Assembly: GCA_965213685.1 (NCBI GenBank)
Contig: CBDBZY010000018.1
Span: 96,001-160,000, forward strand
Reading direction: 5' to 3'
DNA from: a bacterium
Lineage (GTDB): Bacteria; UBA8248
DNA length: 64,000 bases
Shown: positions 60,640-64,000 of the stretch, in pieces
Layout: each line of letters opens with the position of its first letter
How positions within the stretch are numbered: position 1 is the first letter of the stretch
The notes under the pieces: generated by a model
Database searches by the model: none
What the model saw: only the letters and a program-made list of their open reading frames with translations
What the model was told of the DNA's origin: nothing
Translations under genes and position numbers: made by a program

Positions 60640-61310
60640 TTCTGACTTGTCTTGGTCCCTTCACATTGCCAACTGCTGTAATACAACTCGTAGACTCATT
60701 GGACTTCTATACAGACAATTCTATCAACATACATCCACATCCCCTCCATGTCTCTTAAGGCTCTATAAGAGCTTCATTCGATCTCACCTGGAATATGCAT
60801 CTGTTGTCTGGAACCCTTACTATAGGGGTGAAATTGCAGCTCTGGAAAGTTTGCTCTTCGAGTCTGCCGGAAGTCATGGGATACCAACTATGATGAACTT
60901 CTTTCTGCTGCTGACATTCCTTCTCTCCAACACAGACGCATCCAACAAAGCCTTTGCCATCTTTTCAAAATTATTAATGGACTGATAGATTTTCCATCTG
61001 CACCAACACTTCCTCGAGTCAGCCTTTATGGCACTCGTTCAGCAGGCAAACCAGTCTTTCTTATTCCTAAGTTTAGAACCAGTTCTTATCAATTTTCATT
61101 TTTTCCTAATGCATTATCATTTTGGAACAGTTTGCCTAGAGATATTTTTGACTGCCATTCTTTCTTTTCTTTTAAGAGGTCTGTATTACATCACTTATAA
61201 CTACTTGCTTCTTTCTTTTTTCATCTGTGAGGGTGCACTATGTATTAGCTTCTAGCTATTTGTGTATCCTGTGCTTTGGCATAAACTATTACTATAAAAG
61301 AAAAAAAAAA
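60640..61310 (+). mobile_element. 5'-truncated CR1/L2-type LINE with poly(A) tail
   Basis: DLSWSLHI..LLRLYKSFIRSHLEYASVVWNPY, frameshifted, ending AAAAGAAAAAAAAAA; absent from copy 1. Confidence 0.85.
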
Positions 61311-61443
61311 GAGTTCCTGTAAGCTATCAGTGTGTGTTTGAATGTTGTGATACATGTACATGTTCTGATACGTGTATATGTACATGTACACGTATATGCT
61401 TCGCTGTGCAATTTTCAACCTGCATCTCTCTCTCTCTCTCTCT

Positions 61444-61634
<191 letters not shown>

Positions 61635-62325
61635 TCTCTCTCTCTCTTTAACGAGATAAGCCAAGTGGATGAACTGGCTCAACTCATAAGCCTTACAGAC
61701 TGAGACAAGACAAAGGTACAGATAACCATGATAAAGGTACAGATGACCACACCCACTGGGTGTAGTCAAGATGGATCAAGGGCCATCTGCAGTGATAGAG
61801 CCTCCTTCCTTTCATTGCTGAGTTTGTTTCTCCCTCCCTTGCTCTCTTCTCCCTCTCCTACCCCTCTACTCCCTCGGGTGTTCCAGAAGCACTCATTCTC
61901 CGACCTCTGCCAGCTCAGAGGTGAGTGAGTGGTAGAGCATCCCCCTACTTTCTTCTTTACCTGTCCTCCTCCCTTCCTGCCTCCCTCCCTCCCTCCCTCC
62001 CTCCTTCCCTCTCTGACTCAGGCTTCAAAGTCTCTCTCCCCTATCCCTACTCCACCACTTGGAGTGGCTCTACCTAGGAGGAAACAAGATCCAGGTAGCC
62101 ACCCACCTTCCTTCCCACCCTCTTCTTCCCTTTCTCCATCTCCCTTCCCTTTTTCTTTCTAACCTTTCCTCTCTCTTTCCTCACTCCCTCCCTTCCCACC
62201 TTCACGCACACAAACTCGCCACATACATGTATGACAATTCCTAAACCATAACATTATGACAAGTCCTAAACCACAAGCCACGTGTACCACTCTCTCCCTA
62301 ATAAGGCACACCATGCAGCCACCAG

Positions 62326-62382
<57 letters not shown>

Positions 62383-62586
62383 TGTGTGTGTGTCTGGGTG
62401 CTTGGAGGAAACAGAGGTGGGATAGTAAGGGGAATGTACTTGTACATGGGCCTCTTCCTACTAGGCGTGCTAATCTGTCCTCATGCACTGCACCATGCAA
62501 TGAATATTGTTTGCATGGGTGGGCTGATCTATAATGAGTTATAGTGTGCACAGTTATTGTGTTTGAGAGTTATGAAGATTGTGGTG

Positions 62587-62769
62587 AAACTGAGTTGTTG
62601 ACTGAGGTTTGAACTCTAGCCTTAGGATAGTACCATCAATCCTGCACTCCTCTGCCACCAGAGACCCGGTGGCTCAGTAGTAAGAGTGTCTGACTAGTAT
62701 TCAGAAGGTCCTGGGTTCAAATCTTAGCTGGGTCCTGATTTTTTCAGGACTTCTTCAACAACTCAGTTT
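62587..62769. mobile_element. Element with two divergent tRNA-like units bounded by a 15-bp inverted repeat
   Basis: AAACTGAGTTGTTGA / TCAACAACTCAGTTT; + unit TGGCTCAGTAGTAAGAG..tctga-CTAGTAT-tcaga..GGTTCAAATC; - unit ends GAGTTCAAACC. Confidence 0.5.
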
Positions 62770-63511
62770 GACGTAGATGAATACCTCTAATTCCATCATG
62801 TCTCTCTCTCAAGTGAGCTCTAAATGGTGAGTTCCCAGACCAGTGCTCTCCATTCGTGGACCAAGTTCTCCTCATAGTGCATGCATGTGCACCATGTCTG
62901 GAAACAAGTGCAAAGTCTGAGAATGAGGCTGCAGTGGGTGATCAGAGTAGGCATTTCGTGATGGCAGGTCTTCCAGTGTTCTCCGCAGAGTCACTCTCTC
63001 AATATGTGTGTACATGTACATGTATGCTTAATCAATTAGCTATTTAAATATTTCTATGCTCCCATTCTGTTTCTGTCTGCCTCTCTGTCTGTCTCTGTCT
63101 CCCCGTCCATCTGTTTGTCTGTTCTGCTGTCCCTATTGGAACTCCCTCTGCCTTTCATATTTCTTTTCCTTCTCATCACAGAACAAGTATAGATGTGCCA
63201 CTTCATTTTGATGGTGGGTCAGTGGAATCTCCCAACTGCAAGTGTGGCTACAAGTACACTGCAGGCAAGTATAGCAGCCTTTCATGCAGCCACAGAGAGC
63301 AAGTGGTGGCTATCCTCTCAGAGTGAGTGGTTCTAGTGAGATACATGTTCACTGCACACCTCAATCACTGATACTTGTCCACTGCAGTGGCTGTTCTCAG
63401 CTGCGTTGACGGGTGGGAAGAGACAGTGAGGAAGAAATTGCTGAAGCTCACACAAGAAACATTGCTGACATCATGACTGCTTTTAAATTCATTGTGAATG
63501 TATGCTGTTAT

Positions 63512-63874
63512 CATAGGTGCCAACTTTTTTTGAAGAACTTCAGGGACAAAAGATAACCATGCCCAAAACACACCCATTCCACACCCATGATATGCCAAAA
63601 TTAATTGAATTTTGCTCCGGCAATTGATATCATAGGTGCGTAGGGTACGTGACCTCACGGTTAACTCCACCCACAAGCCAGCAGTGCATTATTTAACGCC
63701 CAGAGTGAACGCGTACGGTACACAAGCATAACAGGTAAGTTATAATTGTTACTTAGCTCAGGTGAGTAGAATTTCCGGGACATTTCACTCAAGAAGCAAG
63801 TTCCGTGCGGGACACGGGACGAGAGCTCTAAATCCGGGACTGTCCCGGACGTTCCGGGACATTTGGCACCTATG
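63512..63874. mobile_element. Non-autonomous TIR element
   Basis: CATAGGTGCCAA / TTGGCACCTATG with duplicated TGTTAT; empty site at ~13493. Confidence 0.7.
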
Positions 63875-64000
63875 TGTTATGTACATGTACATGTAATTAA
63901 TTTTCTCCTGCCACTTCCTGCGCAACATACCGCGTATAAAGGGCTCACCATGGCGTTTAACTCCATGAGTACTGATATACATGTACATGTGCCATAGATA

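Noticed and set aside
62665-62735. Functional tRNA-Thr genes here and at 39548-39620
   Set aside because: Acceptor and T stems pair poorly and the units sit inside repeats; treated as tRNA-derived elements.

Overview
Eukaryotic, intron-rich animal genomic DNA, most likely a demosponge. That assignment is an inference from the short introns, Death/ZU5/Roc gene types, (TACATG)n and (CA)n/(GA)n microsatellites. The core of the window is two paralogous minus-strand multi-exon genes encoding Roc-COR GTPase - ZU5 - UPA-like - Death domain proteins (copy 1 about 982-5471; copy 2 about 54117-60051). The Roc-COR exon has no ATG of its own and starts at a phase-1 acceptor. An upstream Kelch-repeat exon set (14858-19655) ends in a phase-1 donor and splices in frame onto it, predicting a 1542-aa Kelch-Roc-COR-ZU5-UPA-DD protein. 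Its ZU5 ends in an HF|S autoproteolysis-type motif (HF|C in copy 2), making it a candidate PIDD/NLRP1-like immune or cell-death receptor. The two copies have near-identical Roc-COR exons but very different ZU5-UPA-DD modules. The rest is a degenerate ~12-kb tandem duplication containing a Sin3 PAH1 pseudogene, plus many mobile elements: IS3EU-type elements with 6-bp TSDs, a truncated Crypton-like element with hairpins, a Helitron-like fragment, CR1/L2 LINE fragments, MITEs and tRNA-derived SINE-like units. All gene models and identities were derived by eye, without alignment or database searches.
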